This document shows positions 9,146 through 17,628 of a stretch of 64,000 nt of DNA, in pieces (positions within the stretch are counted from its first letter, which is position 1; every line of letters starts with the position of its first letter). A program made the position numbers and the translations under genes. Source of the stretch: Dehalococcoidia bacterium (lineage in GTDB: Bacteria > Chloroflexota > Dehalococcoidia > DSTF01 > JALHUB01); the NCBI GenBank assembly GCA_030018455.1, contig JASEFU010000007.1, forward strand, positions 27,897-91,896. Reading direction: 5' to 3'. The notes beneath the pieces were generated by a model, which saw only the letters and a program-made list of their open reading frames with translations, had not been told where the DNA came from and did no database searches.

Positions 9146-11200
9146 GTGATGAGCGCCGTAATCGAGACCGCCGCCGCAGAAGGAGTCCGCGCCCGTCTTT
9201 CGCGCGTTCTGCCCGCTACCCTCGTTTCCGCCCGCGCGCGGGACTGGGTGCTTGCCGGCGCGGTCTTCGCCGTCAGCTTCGCTGTCTATAATCTCACGCT
9301 CGCTCCCGGCCTCACCTACGCCAGCCTGGACGGCAACGAGCTTGCGACTGTCCCCCATCAACTGGGGCTCCTGCACTCGCCCGGCTACCCGTTCTACACC
9401 TGGCTCGGAAAGCTCTTCACGCTTGTGCCCGTCGGCGACGTGGCCTACCGAATGAACCTCATGTCGGCGACGGGAGCTGCCGGCGCGTGCGCATTACTGT
9501 ATGCCATCGTTGTTCTTCTGGCGAGGAACCGTCCGATCGCGCTTTTCGCCGCCCTTCTCTTCTCGTTCTCGCCGGCGTTGTGGTCGCAGGCCGTCATCAC
9601 CGAAGTCTACGCGGCGAACGCCTTCATGTTCGCGCTGACCGTTTTCCTGTTCCTGAGATGGGGCGAGCGTCTTCGCCGCGGCATGGGCTCTGGGGGCCGG
9701 GACACCGCCGCCCGCTTGCTTTTCTGTGGAGGCTGCCTGGTCTTCGGGCTCAGTCTGGGGACGCACCTCTCGAACCTGGCGCTGGCGCCCGCGCTGGCGG
9801 TCTACGTCTTCCTGCTGCGTCGCCTTCGCCCCCTCGACCCGCGGACGCTGCTGGCGGGCGCGGGGCTGTTCGCGCTGGCCGCCTGCCAGTTCGTCTGGCT
9901 GCCCCTACGCGCCGACACCCTGAACGATGAGCTGATGCTCCGCTACAAACCGGACGATCCCGGCAGCATCTACGCATACGTGTTCAACGTCTTCTCCGAA
10001 GACCGTTTCGCGTTTCCGCTCTCGGCGCTACCCGACAGGCTATCAACTTACGCCGGCCTGGTGAGCGAGAACTTCGGCATCGTCGGCTGCGGGCTGGCGC
10101 TTGCCGGAGCGTGGGAGATGCTCCGGCGGCAAAGGAAGGCGTTCTGCTTCCTAGGCATAGCGTACCTGGTGGAGATCGCCTACTTCACGCAGTACAACGT
10201 GCCCGATATCGCGGTCTTCTTCATTCCCGCGCACCTGCTGTTCGCAGTGTTCGTCGCGTTCGGCGTCCGCCGGCTTTTCACAGCGACGGCGGGTGTCGTG
10301 CCGCGACGCTCCGCGACTCGTGCCGTTTTATCGCTCTCCTTCTGCGCGCTGTTCGCTGTCCCGCTGACGCTCCAGGTCAGCGGCGGCTGGTCGCAAAACG
10401 ACCGCTCAGGCGATACGACGGTGAAAGACTTCTATCAGGAGGTGATCCGCGCCGTGCCGGAGAACAGCGTCCTGCTCGGCCGGCCCGGCGTTCCCGGCTT
10501 CGACCTGTTCCATCACTACTTGACGAGCAACCCGCGCCCGAGCGTCGACATCCCGCAGCTTGAAGCGCCTGATGCCTTTACGGCGGCCGCGCTTGATGGC
10601 CGTCCGCTCTACCTTGTGGCGGCGCCCGAGGTAATCAGGCATTCGACGAAGGGGCTGGAGGGGCAGGCGCTCTTGCCGCAGGACCTGTGGTACGTGCCCG
10701 TGCTGGCGGCGCCGTCGCGCCATGTCTCCTGGTTGGGTGGACGCCCGCTCACGCTCTATCGGGCCCAGACTGAGCCCCCGCCGTTTGTCCTGGGGGAGGC
10801 GCACCCGCAGCACGCGGTCGGCGTGGAGATGGACGGCGTACGCTTCCTCGGCTTTGACATCGATCGAGAGCGGGTGGCCGCGGGCGGTACCCTTCATCTG
10901 AGGCTGTACTGGCAGGCCGTCAAGCCGCCCGCGCTCAGCTTTTACAAGGTGTCGCTCGTCCTCGGCGACGCCCGTTTTCGCGAGACGCACACGCTGGGCT
11001 TCGGCCTCATCGAGCGGGTGCAGCGGGAGGGACGCTTTTCAGCGGGCTTCACGTTCGTCGAGGATTACCGGCTCGTTGTGGCCTCGGGGTTGTCGGAGGG
11101 GAAGCACACGCTGCGTCTCTTGACGTGCGATTTCGGGACGATGGGTTCACGCGAGGAAGCGTCCGTGGACCTCATCGAGATCGACGTAGTCCGGCCGTAG
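9146..11200 (+). CDS. DUF2723 (TMEM260-like) GT-C-type glycosyl/mannosyltransferase family membrane protein
   Basis: 684-aa track ORF. YNLTLAPGLTYASLDGNELATVPHQLGLLHSPGYPFYTWLGKLF matches the DUF2723 N-terminal signature. It has a polytopic core and a C-terminal beta-rich soluble domain (LHLRLYWQA...). Confidence 0.7.
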   Translation: MMSAVIETAAAEGVRARLSRVLPATLVSARARDWVLAGAVFAVSFAVYNLTLAPGLTYASLDGNELATVPHQLGLLHSPGYPFYTWLGKLFTLVPVGDVAYRMNLMSATGAAGACALLYAIVVLLARNRPIALFAALLFSFSPALWSQAVITEVYAANAFMFALTVFLFLRWGERLRRGMGSGGRDTAARLLFCGGCLVFGLSLGTHLSNLALAPALAVYVFLLRRLRPLDPRTLLAGAGLFALAACQFVWLPLRADTLNDELMLRYKPDDPGSIYAYVFNVFSEDRFAFPLSALPDRLSTYAGLVSENFGIVGCGLALAGAWEMLRRQRKAFCFLGIAYLVEIAYFTQYNVPDIAVFFIPAHLLFAVFVAFGVRRLFTATAGVVPRRSATRAVLSLSFCALFAVPLTLQVSGGWSQNDRSGDTTVKDFYQEVIRAVPENSVLLGRPGVPGFDLFHHYLTSNPRPSVDIPQLEAPDAFTAAALDGRPLYLVAAPEVIRHSTKGLEGQALLPQDLWYVPVLAAPSRHVSWLGGRPLTLYRAQTEPPPFVLGEAHPQHAVGVEMDGVRFLGFDIDRERVAAGGTLHLRLYWQAVKPPALSFYKVSLVLGDARFRETHTLGFGLIERVQREGRFSAGFTFVEDYRLVVASGLSEGKHTLRLLTCDFGTMGSREEASVDLIEIDVVRP

Positions 11201-11298
11201 GGTCGCGCAGGACGACATCGGCCGGACGGTTGGGGGTAGCGATGGGGCTCGGCGCGAGGCGCGTTGCGGGCTTGCCGCGTGTCCACTATACTCCGGTC

Positions 11299-12972
11299 AT
11301 GCCATCAATAGGTGTCGCCCGCAGGATAGCCCTTCTGGTTGCCTTCGCCGGAGCCAGCGTTGCGCTCTTTGCTCCGTCTGTTCCGGTTGGCTCGCTTGAC
11401 GGCGGCGGCCGGGGCATTGCCGAGTCCAGCAACCCGCCTTTATTCGACCCGGCGGAGTTTCTTGAGGAGAGCACACTTGACGTCGTAGTGCTGCAGGACT
11501 GGCACGTCGACACGGTCACTGGGGTGAGCAGGCAAAAGCTGATCGAGATCAGAGTGGCGGAATGGTGGCCGGGCCAGGACTACCGCGTGCCGGTGCGGCT
11601 GGTAGTGCCGCTGACCGGAAGGGCGAAAGGGTTCTGGATCACCGGTGGTCACGAGTACGACAGCTTCGGCGGTGATGTTGCCATCGGTGGCGTCAGCGCG
11701 ACACTACTCGCAGGAGGCGTGGGTCTGGTTCACACCGTGGTGCAACCCCTCGAGTCTCTGCCCGGCGGCGCGCAACTCGCTCAGGAGATGAGCGACCGCT
11801 TTCTCCAGACCCATAACGCTCGCTACAGCGTCTACTGGATATGGCCGATGACGCTAATGCGGGCGGCTACCGCCGCCTACGCTGAATCCGAGTATTTCGA
11901 GGTGGGCAAAATAGCAGCATCGGGGGGATCGAAAAACGGCTTCGCGCCCGCGGCTGCTTTGATCCACGATGACCGCTTCACGGCCATCTGTTCGAGTGTT
12001 TCGCCGGCTTACGCGTCTCCTCTGCGCCTGTACGACCAGGCGACGATGGACGCGGTAACCGCTGCCAACGACTGGTTCTTCGACGCGCTCGACGCCGGCG
12101 AGATCGACCCGGGCGAGCACAGCCGGCAATGGTATGTGCAGAACTCGTGGGGCACCTCAGGCAGGGACCTCCACACCCTGGCCCTCGATGCGGGCTGGAC
12201 ATGGGAAGAGATCCGCGAGATTGGAGTCAGCACAGCCGCTGAGTTCTTTGTCTCCGAGAATTGGGACGACATAACGGACCGGGGCGCCGACGTGCTCTTT
12301 CAGCCTGGAACCCATGACTATGTCGCCTATGATATCCTGTGGGGCGCCCAGCGACATCCGCATATCCCTGTTTATTACCAGCCCAACGGTGGACACTCGC
12401 AGACTCCGCACCCCGCCGCCGAGACCGACGTTACAAACCTGTACGCCCTTCTCGTCACGCATTTCTTTGACGGCAGTCCAATGCTGGAGCCCCCGGCATC
12501 AAGCCATCGGCTCGTCGGCGAACAGCTCCATATAACCGTCGCCTTCAACAGCGGCCCGCAGCCCGAAAGCGGGCGCGTGTTCTGGATCTACGACCGCGCC
12601 CCGGGCGGCTCAGCGCCGTTCTTGTGGAAAAAGATCGCCGATGGGGACTGGATGGACATGACATTCGACGCCGAAGCGGGGGCGTGGAAGGCCACTATCC
12701 CCGTTGACCCGGCCGCCTCGAGCATCGAGTTCTTTTCCAACCACGGCCTTGTCGTGGATGGCTGGCAGACGTATTTATCGAGCCCGTATACCCGTGTGGA
12801 GCTTGCCGGGCCGCCGGTGGGCGGCATTGCCGAGCCGGCGGCGAAAGAAGTCGCTCATGTTGCTGCGCCGGGGCCGCGGCACGCTCACCCATCTACCTGG
12901 GTCGGCATTATGGCCGCTGCTCTAACGGCCCTCGTTCTTGCTGGAGCCGCCTTGCGTCTTGGCAGGCGCTGA
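11299..12972 (+). CDS. Secreted/anchored protein of unknown function, possibly PhoPQ-activated-pathogenicity-related (alpha/beta-hydrolase-like) family, with a C-terminal TM + basic tail
   Basis: Track ORF 11125..12972. I prefer ATG 11299 (MPSIGVARRIALLVAFAGASVALFAPS, signal-peptide-like). It has a GGSKNG nucleophile-elbow-like motif. The C-terminus is ...HPSTWVGIMAAALTALVLAGAALRLGRR. The family call is weak. Confidence 0.6.
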   Translation: MPSIGVARRIALLVAFAGASVALFAPSVPVGSLDGGGRGIAESSNPPLFDPAEFLEESTLDVVVLQDWHVDTVTGVSRQKLIEIRVAEWWPGQDYRVPVRLVVPLTGRAKGFWITGGHEYDSFGGDVAIGGVSATLLAGGVGLVHTVVQPLESLPGGAQLAQEMSDRFLQTHNARYSVYWIWPMTLMRAATAAYAESEYFEVGKIAASGGSKNGFAPAAALIHDDRFTAICSSVSPAYASPLRLYDQATMDAVTAANDWFFDALDAGEIDPGEHSRQWYVQNSWGTSGRDLHTLALDAGWTWEEIREIGVSTAAEFFVSENWDDITDRGADVLFQPGTHDYVAYDILWGAQRHPHIPVYYQPNGGHSQTPHPAAETDVTNLYALLVTHFFDGSPMLEPPASSHRLVGEQLHITVAFNSGPQPESGRVFWIYDRAPGGSAPFLWKKIADGDWMDMTFDAEAGAWKATIPVDPAASSIEFFSNHGLVVDGWQTYLSSPYTRVELAGPPVGGIAEPAAKEVAHVAAPGPRHAHPSTWVGIMAAALTALVLAGAALRLGRR

Positions 12973-13092
12973 CCAGACGGCTGGGGCGGTCATCTTCAGA
13001 CGAGCGCGGAATTACGGGCGCGAACCGATAAGGTGATTCGACGCGGAGCCGCGGAAAAGTGGGCGTGCGGGTGCCGCGTCGCAAGTCCTGAA

Positions 13093-13201
13093 GTTTCAAT
13101 CCTCACCCGACCCGTAGGCCGGGTGCAACGGCGGCGATTGGACAGACCCCTGGCAACAGGGGGCGTTTCAATCCTCACCCGACCCGTAGGCGGCGCTTAT
13201 C
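13093..13201 (-). CRISPR. Orphan CRISPR-like mini-array: one intact 37-nt repeat, one 35-nt spacer, one half-degenerate repeat
   Basis: Repeat 13093-13129 is gtttcaatcctcacccgacccgtaggccgggtgcaac. The second copy at 13165-13201 matches only over its first 27 nt. The spacer is 13130-13164. On the minus strand the repeat reads GTTGCACCCGGCCTACGGGTCGGGTGAGGATTGAAAC, with an ACCCG/CGGGT hairpin and an ATTGAAAC 3' end as in many type I/III repeats. No cas genes are in the window. Confidence 0.55.
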
Positions 13202-13245
13202 TTCTTGGTCACCTGAGCACCTCCCGCGAATCGGTCATCATGACC

Positions 13246-13254
13246 ATTATATCA
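13246..13254 (-). promoter_or_regulatory. Candidate extended -10 promoter (TGaTATAAT) reading into the CRISPR-like repeats (leader-like)
   Basis: The minus strand reads TGATATAAT at 13254-13246, about 45 nt upstream of the first (degenerate) repeat in the minus orientation. Confidence 0.35.
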
Positions 13255-13302
13255 CGGCTTCCTGGCGAGATGCGACGCCTGGGGGCGAAGCGAGCAGGCC
13301 CT

Positions 13303-13338
13303 GTGATGGGCTGTGATGAAGTGTGATGCGGCGTGACC
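13303..13338. repeat. Four 10-bp-phased GTGATG/GTGACC motifs
   Basis: GTGATG occurs at 13303, 13313 and 13323, and GTGACC at 13333, with exact 10-bp spacing. The motifs lie in non-coding DNA between the CRISPR-like remnant and tRNA-Pro. Confidence 0.6.
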
Positions 13339-13441
13339 GGGAGACCTGTTCATTCAGGAGGTCGGTTTTGCCGTCCTACCTGAACAAAAACGGTCGGCTC
13401 CGCGGCCTGTTAGCCTCGAAACCGACCTTCTGATTGCTTCA

Positions 13442-13518
13442 TGGTCGGGGCGGTGGGATTTGAACCCACGACCTCCTGAACCCCATTCAGGTGCGCTACC
13501 GGGCTGCGCTACACCCCG
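13442..13518 (-). tRNA. tRNA-Pro (anticodon GGG), CCA encoded
   Basis: Manual cloverleaf on the minus strand: acceptor CGGGGTG/CGCCCCG, D arm GCGC/GCGC, anticodon stem CCTGA/TCAGG, loop ATGGGGT (U33, GGG, G37), T arm GTGGG-TTCAAAT-CCCAC, discriminator A plus CCA. 77 nt. Confidence 0.9.
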
Positions 13519-13528
13519 ACCATTCGTC

Positions 13529-13557
13529 ATACTAGCAGATGCAATCGCCCGCGACAA
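13529..13557 (-). promoter_or_regulatory. Candidate sigma-70-type promoter of tRNA-Pro (TTGTCG-17 nt-TAGTAT)
   Basis: On the minus strand the -35 TTGTCG is at 13557-13552 and the -10 TAGTAT at 13534-13529, with a 17-nt spacer. The tRNA 5' end lies about 10 nt downstream. Confidence 0.45.
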
Positions 13558-13620
13558 GCTCGCCATGGGCCCCGACGACACGAAGCCGGACGCCCTCTCT
13601 TGAAGTCGAACCCCGAAAGA

Positions 13621-13658
13621 GGATAAACAGCGGCCAGGTGCCGAATTCACCTGGCCGC
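13621..13658 (-). terminator. Rho-independent terminator after the hydrogenase operon
   Basis: Perfect 11-bp stem GCGGCCAGGTG/CACCTGGCCGC (13630-13640 / 13648-13658) with a 7-nt loop. On the minus strand it is followed by TGTTTATCCTCTTT. It lies 35 nt downstream of the hydA stop. Confidence 0.7.
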
Positions 13659-13692
13659 CGTCGTCAGGAAAAGACTGCGATGTGGAGGGTCA

Positions 13693-14967
13693 TCACAGCC
13701 ATTCAACATTCAAGAAGTGCACCGCGCAGGAGAGGCACGGGTCGTAAGCCCTGATTAGCTTCTCCGCTGCGGCGACCACCGCCTCCTTCCCCTCATGCAC
13801 AACCTCCGGCAACAGCGCTGCGAGACTTTCCTCCATCGCCCGCAGGTTTTGCGCCGTGGGAGTGATGATGTTCGCGTGCAGGATGTGGCCCGTGTCGTCC
13901 AGCTCGTACTCGTGCCAGAGCACCCCGCGCGGCGCTTCAACGGCGGCGATGCCGTGCCCCGCCTGCACCCATATCTCCGGCGGAGGCTCCGGCTCTGGCC
14001 GCAAGTTCGAGAGGATCGCCAGCGCGTCATCGAAGTTCTGCACCAGCTCGATGGCCTGCGCCGGGTTGATCAAGAACGGGTTGTCCAGACCCTGGGGCAC
14101 GGGGCCCGCCCGCAGCAGCGCCGCCGCATCCGATGACAACAACTCTTTGCTGTTCGCCAGCCGCGAGAGGGCGCCCACCATGTACGCGTGCCCTTCGCGC
14201 ACCACGAAGTTCGCCGTCTGCTCCGGCGAATGGTACTCGCTCACAAACTTCCCGTAGTCCCGCTGCTCGAATTCATGCTCATCGCTTCGTATGGAGCCCG
14301 CTATTAGCGCGTACTCGCTGTCGCTGTAAAGCGAGAAGCGTTCCAGCTTGACGTGCAACTCGGGATAGGGGAGGCTGTTGAAGAGCTCAGCCGTCGCCAC
14401 GGCGGCCGGCCGGAGCTGCTCCAGCCGCTCTCGAATGCCCGTTAGTTGCTCCTGCGTCGGTATCTTCAGGTGACCGCCGACAGTCACCGACACGGGATGT
14501 ATATCTCGCCCCGCCAGCAACCGCACCATGTCGTTCCCCAGCTTCATGAGCTGGATGGCCCTCTCAACTGCCCCCCGCTGCTCGAGCGCAATCGAGAGTG
14601 TGGACGGCACGCCGAGATAGTCGGGCAGTGCCAGGAAATACAGGTGCGCTGCGTGACTGCGGATACTTTCGCCGAGATTGAGGAGCCGCCGCAGCTCGTG
14701 CGTCTGCGCGCTGGGGACGATGCCGAGCGCGTTCTCGATGGCCTGATGGGCTGCCAGGCAGTGGGCGCAGCTACAGATGCCGCATATGCGCGTCGCTATC
14801 TCCGAAGCTTCGCTGTACAGGCGTCCGCGCAGGATCCCCTCGAAGTAGCGGCTGCCTTCCAGCGAGCGTATCTCCAGGTGTTCGACCCGTCCGTCATCGA
14901 CCCGCAGCCTGAGGGTAGCGTGCCCCTCGATCTTCGTCAGTTCCTCAAGGTCTATCTGCGTGCTCAT
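13693..14967 (-). CDS. hydA: [NiFe]-hydrogenase large (alpha) subunit, group 3b sulfhydrogenase/NAD(P)-coupled type
   Basis: 424 aa. The N-terminal Ni-binding motif is RICGICSCAH and the C-terminal motif is DPCLSCAVH, followed by a short cleavable tail FLNVEWL. It is the last gene of a four-gene beta-gamma-delta-alpha operon. Confidence 0.85.
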   Translation of the reverse strand: MSTQIDLEELTKIEGHATLRLRVDDGRVEHLEIRSLEGSRYFEGILRGRLYSEASEIATRICGICSCAHCLAAHQAIENALGIVPSAQTHELRRLLNLGESIRSHAAHLYFLALPDYLGVPSTLSIALEQRGAVERAIQLMKLGNDMVRLLAGRDIHPVSVTVGGHLKIPTQEQLTGIRERLEQLRPAAVATAELFNSLPYPELHVKLERFSLYSDSEYALIAGSIRSDEHEFEQRDYGKFVSEYHSPEQTANFVVREGHAYMVGALSRLANSKELLSSDAAALLRAGPVPQGLDNPFLINPAQAIELVQNFDDALAILSNLRPEPEPPPEIWVQAGHGIAAVEAPRGVLWHEYELDDTGHILHANIITPTAQNLRAMEESLAALLPEVVHEGKEAVVAAAEKLIRAYDPCLSCAVHFLNVEWL

Positions 14968-15767
14968 TACACCTTCTCCACTTCAAGCGCTCTGCGAAGC
15001 GGCTCCAGGTCCGGCGTCTTCTGTCCCACGAACGTCCGTAGGCGCCGCTTGATGAAGTCCCAGCTAAAGCCTTTCTGCTCCAGCAACTCGATGAACGCCG
15101 GCAGGTTGGCATCCTCCGTCTGGCCCCGGCAGCCCCAGCACTCGAAGCCGCCGCTGGGGCAGACCGCTCCGCAGCCGCCGCGCGTTATCGGGCCCAGGCA
15201 CGGCTTGCCCAACTCGAGCAGGCAGTAGTTCCCCTTGCGCCGGCACTCGATGCAGACGGGAGCCGTGTAGGGACGCGGCGTCTTGCCCGCGGCTACTGCC
15301 TTGATGACCTCCAGTATCTCCTTGCCGTTCGGCGGGCAGCCGGGGATGGCGAAATCGACCGGGACGTGCGTGTCGATGGGGGAAGGGGGCACGTCCTTGA
15401 TGTCGTCTTCCTTTTCCTTTATCAGGTGCTCGTAGTTCTCGAGCGGCGTGTAGTGGCGGTAGGCGGGGATGCACCCCGTGTTGGCGCACGTCCCGAGGGC
15501 GACCAGGACGCGCGCGTTCTTCCGCACTTCTTTCAGCGTCTCCAGGTCCCGCGGCGAGGCGACGAGGCCCTCCATGAAGGCCACGTCGAGGTCCTCGTGT
15601 GAGTTAGCGCCCTTGATGAACGGAAATGCCTGCACGTCCACGAGATTGAAGATGCCGACGATCTCGTCTTCGTTGAAGATGACGGACTCGAGGCAGCCGG
15701 CGCACCCGGTGATGCCGTAGAAGCCCACTCTCAACTTCTTCGCCACGGCGATTTGTCTCTCACTCAT
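14967..15767 (-). CDS. hydD: [NiFe]-hydrogenase small (delta) subunit, group 3 type
   Basis: 266 aa. It contains FYGITGCAGC...LGTCANTGCIP...GCPP plus distal cluster cysteines (CIECRRKGNYC, CLGPITRGGCGAVCP). It overlaps hydA by 1 nt. Confidence 0.85.
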   Translation of the reverse strand: MSERQIAVAKKLRVGFYGITGCAGCLESVIFNEDEIVGIFNLVDVQAFPFIKGANSHEDLDVAFMEGLVASPRDLETLKEVRKNARVLVALGTCANTGCIPAYRHYTPLENYEHLIKEKEDDIKDVPPSPIDTHVPVDFAIPGCPPNGKEILEVIKAVAAGKTPRPYTAPVCIECRRKGNYCLLELGKPCLGPITRGGCGAVCPSGGFECWGCRGQTEDANLPAFIELLEQKGFSWDFIKRRLRTFVGQKTPDLEPLRRALEVEKV

Positions 15768-16566
15768 GGATGTGCTCCTTTATCGTGTCCAGCCGGAACA
15801 CGGGTCCGTCCACGCAGGTGTATTTCCCGCCTATCATGCAGTGACAGCACTCACCGAGTCCGCAGTACATCAGCCGCTCCATCGAGAGCCATATCCTGTC
15901 TTCCGGCATGCCCTTCTCCATTAGCACCCTGCTCGCCACGGTCATCATGATGGGCGGGCCGCAAAGAAAGGCCGTGCTGCCTCCGCCGGGTATCTCTTTC
16001 TGACGGACCAGGTCGGTGACGAAGCCCTGCGTGGCGGCGAAATCGCAGCCGCCGTCCATGTTGTCGAATGAGATGTGCAGGTCAATGTCCCGGCGCCAGC
16101 GCTCGATCTCGGCCTGGAACAGCAGCTCGGCGGGGTTGCGGTAGCCGAGGAAGGCGACGACGTCTTCGTAGTCGCCGCGGTGCGCCAGTATGTACTGGAT
16201 GACGCCCCTCACCGGCGCCACTCCGCAGCCGCCGCCAACCAGGACGAGGCTCTGCCGCCACGTCGCATCCATGGGGAAGCCGTTGCCGTAGGGGCCGCGG
16301 GCGTAGAGAGTGTCGCCGGCGCGGCAGGCGGCCAGCGCCCGCGTCACGTTGCCCACCTCTCTGACGTGCACCGTTGTGGTATCCCCGCCCCAGGAGGCGA
16401 TGGAGATCGGCGCTTCGCCTATCCCCACCACGGACAGTTGCAGGAACTGGCCCGGACTGTGCCCCAGGCGGAGATCGAGGGTCAGGGTAACGCCGTCCGG
16501 CGTCTCCCTCACGGCGCTCAGTACCTTTGTCGCTATCGGGATCAGTACCTTTTCACTAGTGCGCAT
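15760..16566 (-). CDS. hydG: Sulfhydrogenase gamma subunit-like (AsrB-like FAD/NAD(P)-binding oxidoreductase with C-terminal 2Fe-2S)
   Basis: 268 aa. It has a ferredoxin-NADP-reductase-like fold (ARGPYGNGF, LVGGGCGVAP) and the C-terminal Cys cluster CGLGECCHCMIGGKYTCVDGP. Confidence 0.8.
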   Translation of the reverse strand: MRTSEKVLIPIATKVLSAVRETPDGVTLTLDLRLGHSPGQFLQLSVVGIGEAPISIASWGGDTTTVHVREVGNVTRALAACRAGDTLYARGPYGNGFPMDATWRQSLVLVGGGCGVAPVRGVIQYILAHRGDYEDVVAFLGYRNPAELLFQAEIERWRRDIDLHISFDNMDGGCDFAATQGFVTDLVRQKEIPGGGSTAFLCGPPIMMTVASRVLMEKGMPEDRIWLSMERLMYCGLGECCHCMIGGKYTCVDGPVFRLDTIKEHIHE

Positions 16567-17536
16567 GGCTTACCATCCGGTTCACTATGTCCACCCAATC
16601 GATCCGCGTCGGGCAGTAGGCGATGCAGCGGCCGCAGCCGGTGCAGAGGGTGACGCCGTACCGCTCACGGAAGTACTCCATCTGGTGGTAGATGCGGTGG
16701 CGGAAGCGATCGCTCCGGTCGTTCCGGAAGATGTGGTCGCCGGCGACCCGCGTGAACTCCCGCAACTGGCAGCTTGACCAGTAGCGGCACCTTGTCCCGC
16801 GGTTCAGGTCGCCCAGCTCCACCTCATCACCTATCTCGTAGCAGTAGCAGTTGGGGCAGAGAGTTGTGCAGGCGCCGCAGGATAGGCAATTCCGCACCCC
16901 TTCCTCCCACCGCTCGTCATTGAAGAACGGAGCGATATTATCGGTAGCCAGCCGTTCCGTCCCGGGCGTGCGGCGGTCCTCATCGCGCAGCCTCTCCGAA
17001 GTCGGCTGGAAGTAGCGCGGGAACCGGTGCACAAGCTCCTCGCCCTTCTCCGACCCCGTCTCCACCAGGAAGTAGCCCTCTCGCGGCACGAACATCAGGT
17101 CCTGGCAGTCCTTGAGCCCGACGCTGCCGCAGAAGCAGTAAGGGCTCGGCGGCTCAGCGCAGTGATAGCCGATGAGGACTGTGGCCTCGCGCCGCGCCGC
17201 GTACGACGGGTCCCTGCGCGCCTGGCAGTAGAGCATGTCCTGATGGGTGATGGCGTTCAGGTCGCAGCGCCGGATGCCAAAGAGCACCCGCGGGGCGACC
17301 GCTACCGCCGGCAGTGACATCTTCTGTCCATCGAAGTGGAAGAGGGGGTCGCTCTGCGGAAAGAACAGTTCCTTGGGCGGTATGTAGATGTTCTCGCTCA
17401 GGTCGATGTTGGCGCCCGACGTCACCTCCTGCAAGCGCACCACATCGCTCCGTACGGGGGCGAAGACCTGGTAGTGTTTGGAGAGGGAAGCGATGAACGG
17501 GGCCAGCTGCGCCTCGTCGAATCTGTAATTAGCCAT
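16556..17536 (-). CDS. hydB: Sulfhydrogenase beta subunit-like (AsrA-like 4Fe-4S protein)
   Basis: 326 aa. It has two ferredoxin-type clusters (CLSCGACTTLCPNCYC and CTGCGRCIAYCP). It is the first gene of the operon and overlaps hydG. Confidence 0.8.
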   Translation of the reverse strand: MANYRFDEAQLAPFIASLSKHYQVFAPVRSDVVRLQEVTSGANIDLSENIYIPPKELFFPQSDPLFHFDGQKMSLPAVAVAPRVLFGIRRCDLNAITHQDMLYCQARRDPSYAARREATVLIGYHCAEPPSPYCFCGSVGLKDCQDLMFVPREGYFLVETGSEKGEELVHRFPRYFQPTSERLRDEDRRTPGTERLATDNIAPFFNDERWEEGVRNCLSCGACTTLCPNCYCYEIGDEVELGDLNRGTRCRYWSSCQLREFTRVAGDHIFRNDRSDRFRHRIYHQMEYFRERYGVTLCTGCGRCIAYCPTRIDWVDIVNRMVSHAH

Positions 17537-17628
17537 TCGCTTGTCCTTCGGTATGTCGAGCGATTATCCGCTTTAAAAAGTAACCGTTCGTTTTGTTTCG
17601 TCTCGTCGTCTTCGTTCTTCCGCCGGGG

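Noticed and set aside
13033-13326. 97-aa plus-strand ORF spanning the CRISPR-like repeats, and 13354..13650 (minus strand) spanning tRNA-Pro
   Set aside because: Both run through repeat or tRNA sequence, have no RBS or motifs, and are explained by the RNA and repeat features.
12973-13692. Integrated mobile element or prophage at tRNA-Pro (and at tRNA-Ser, 47112..47203)
   Set aside because: No integrase, recombinase or phage-like ORF flanks either tRNA. I found no duplicated tRNA 3' segment. The flanking genes are ordinary chromosomal genes.
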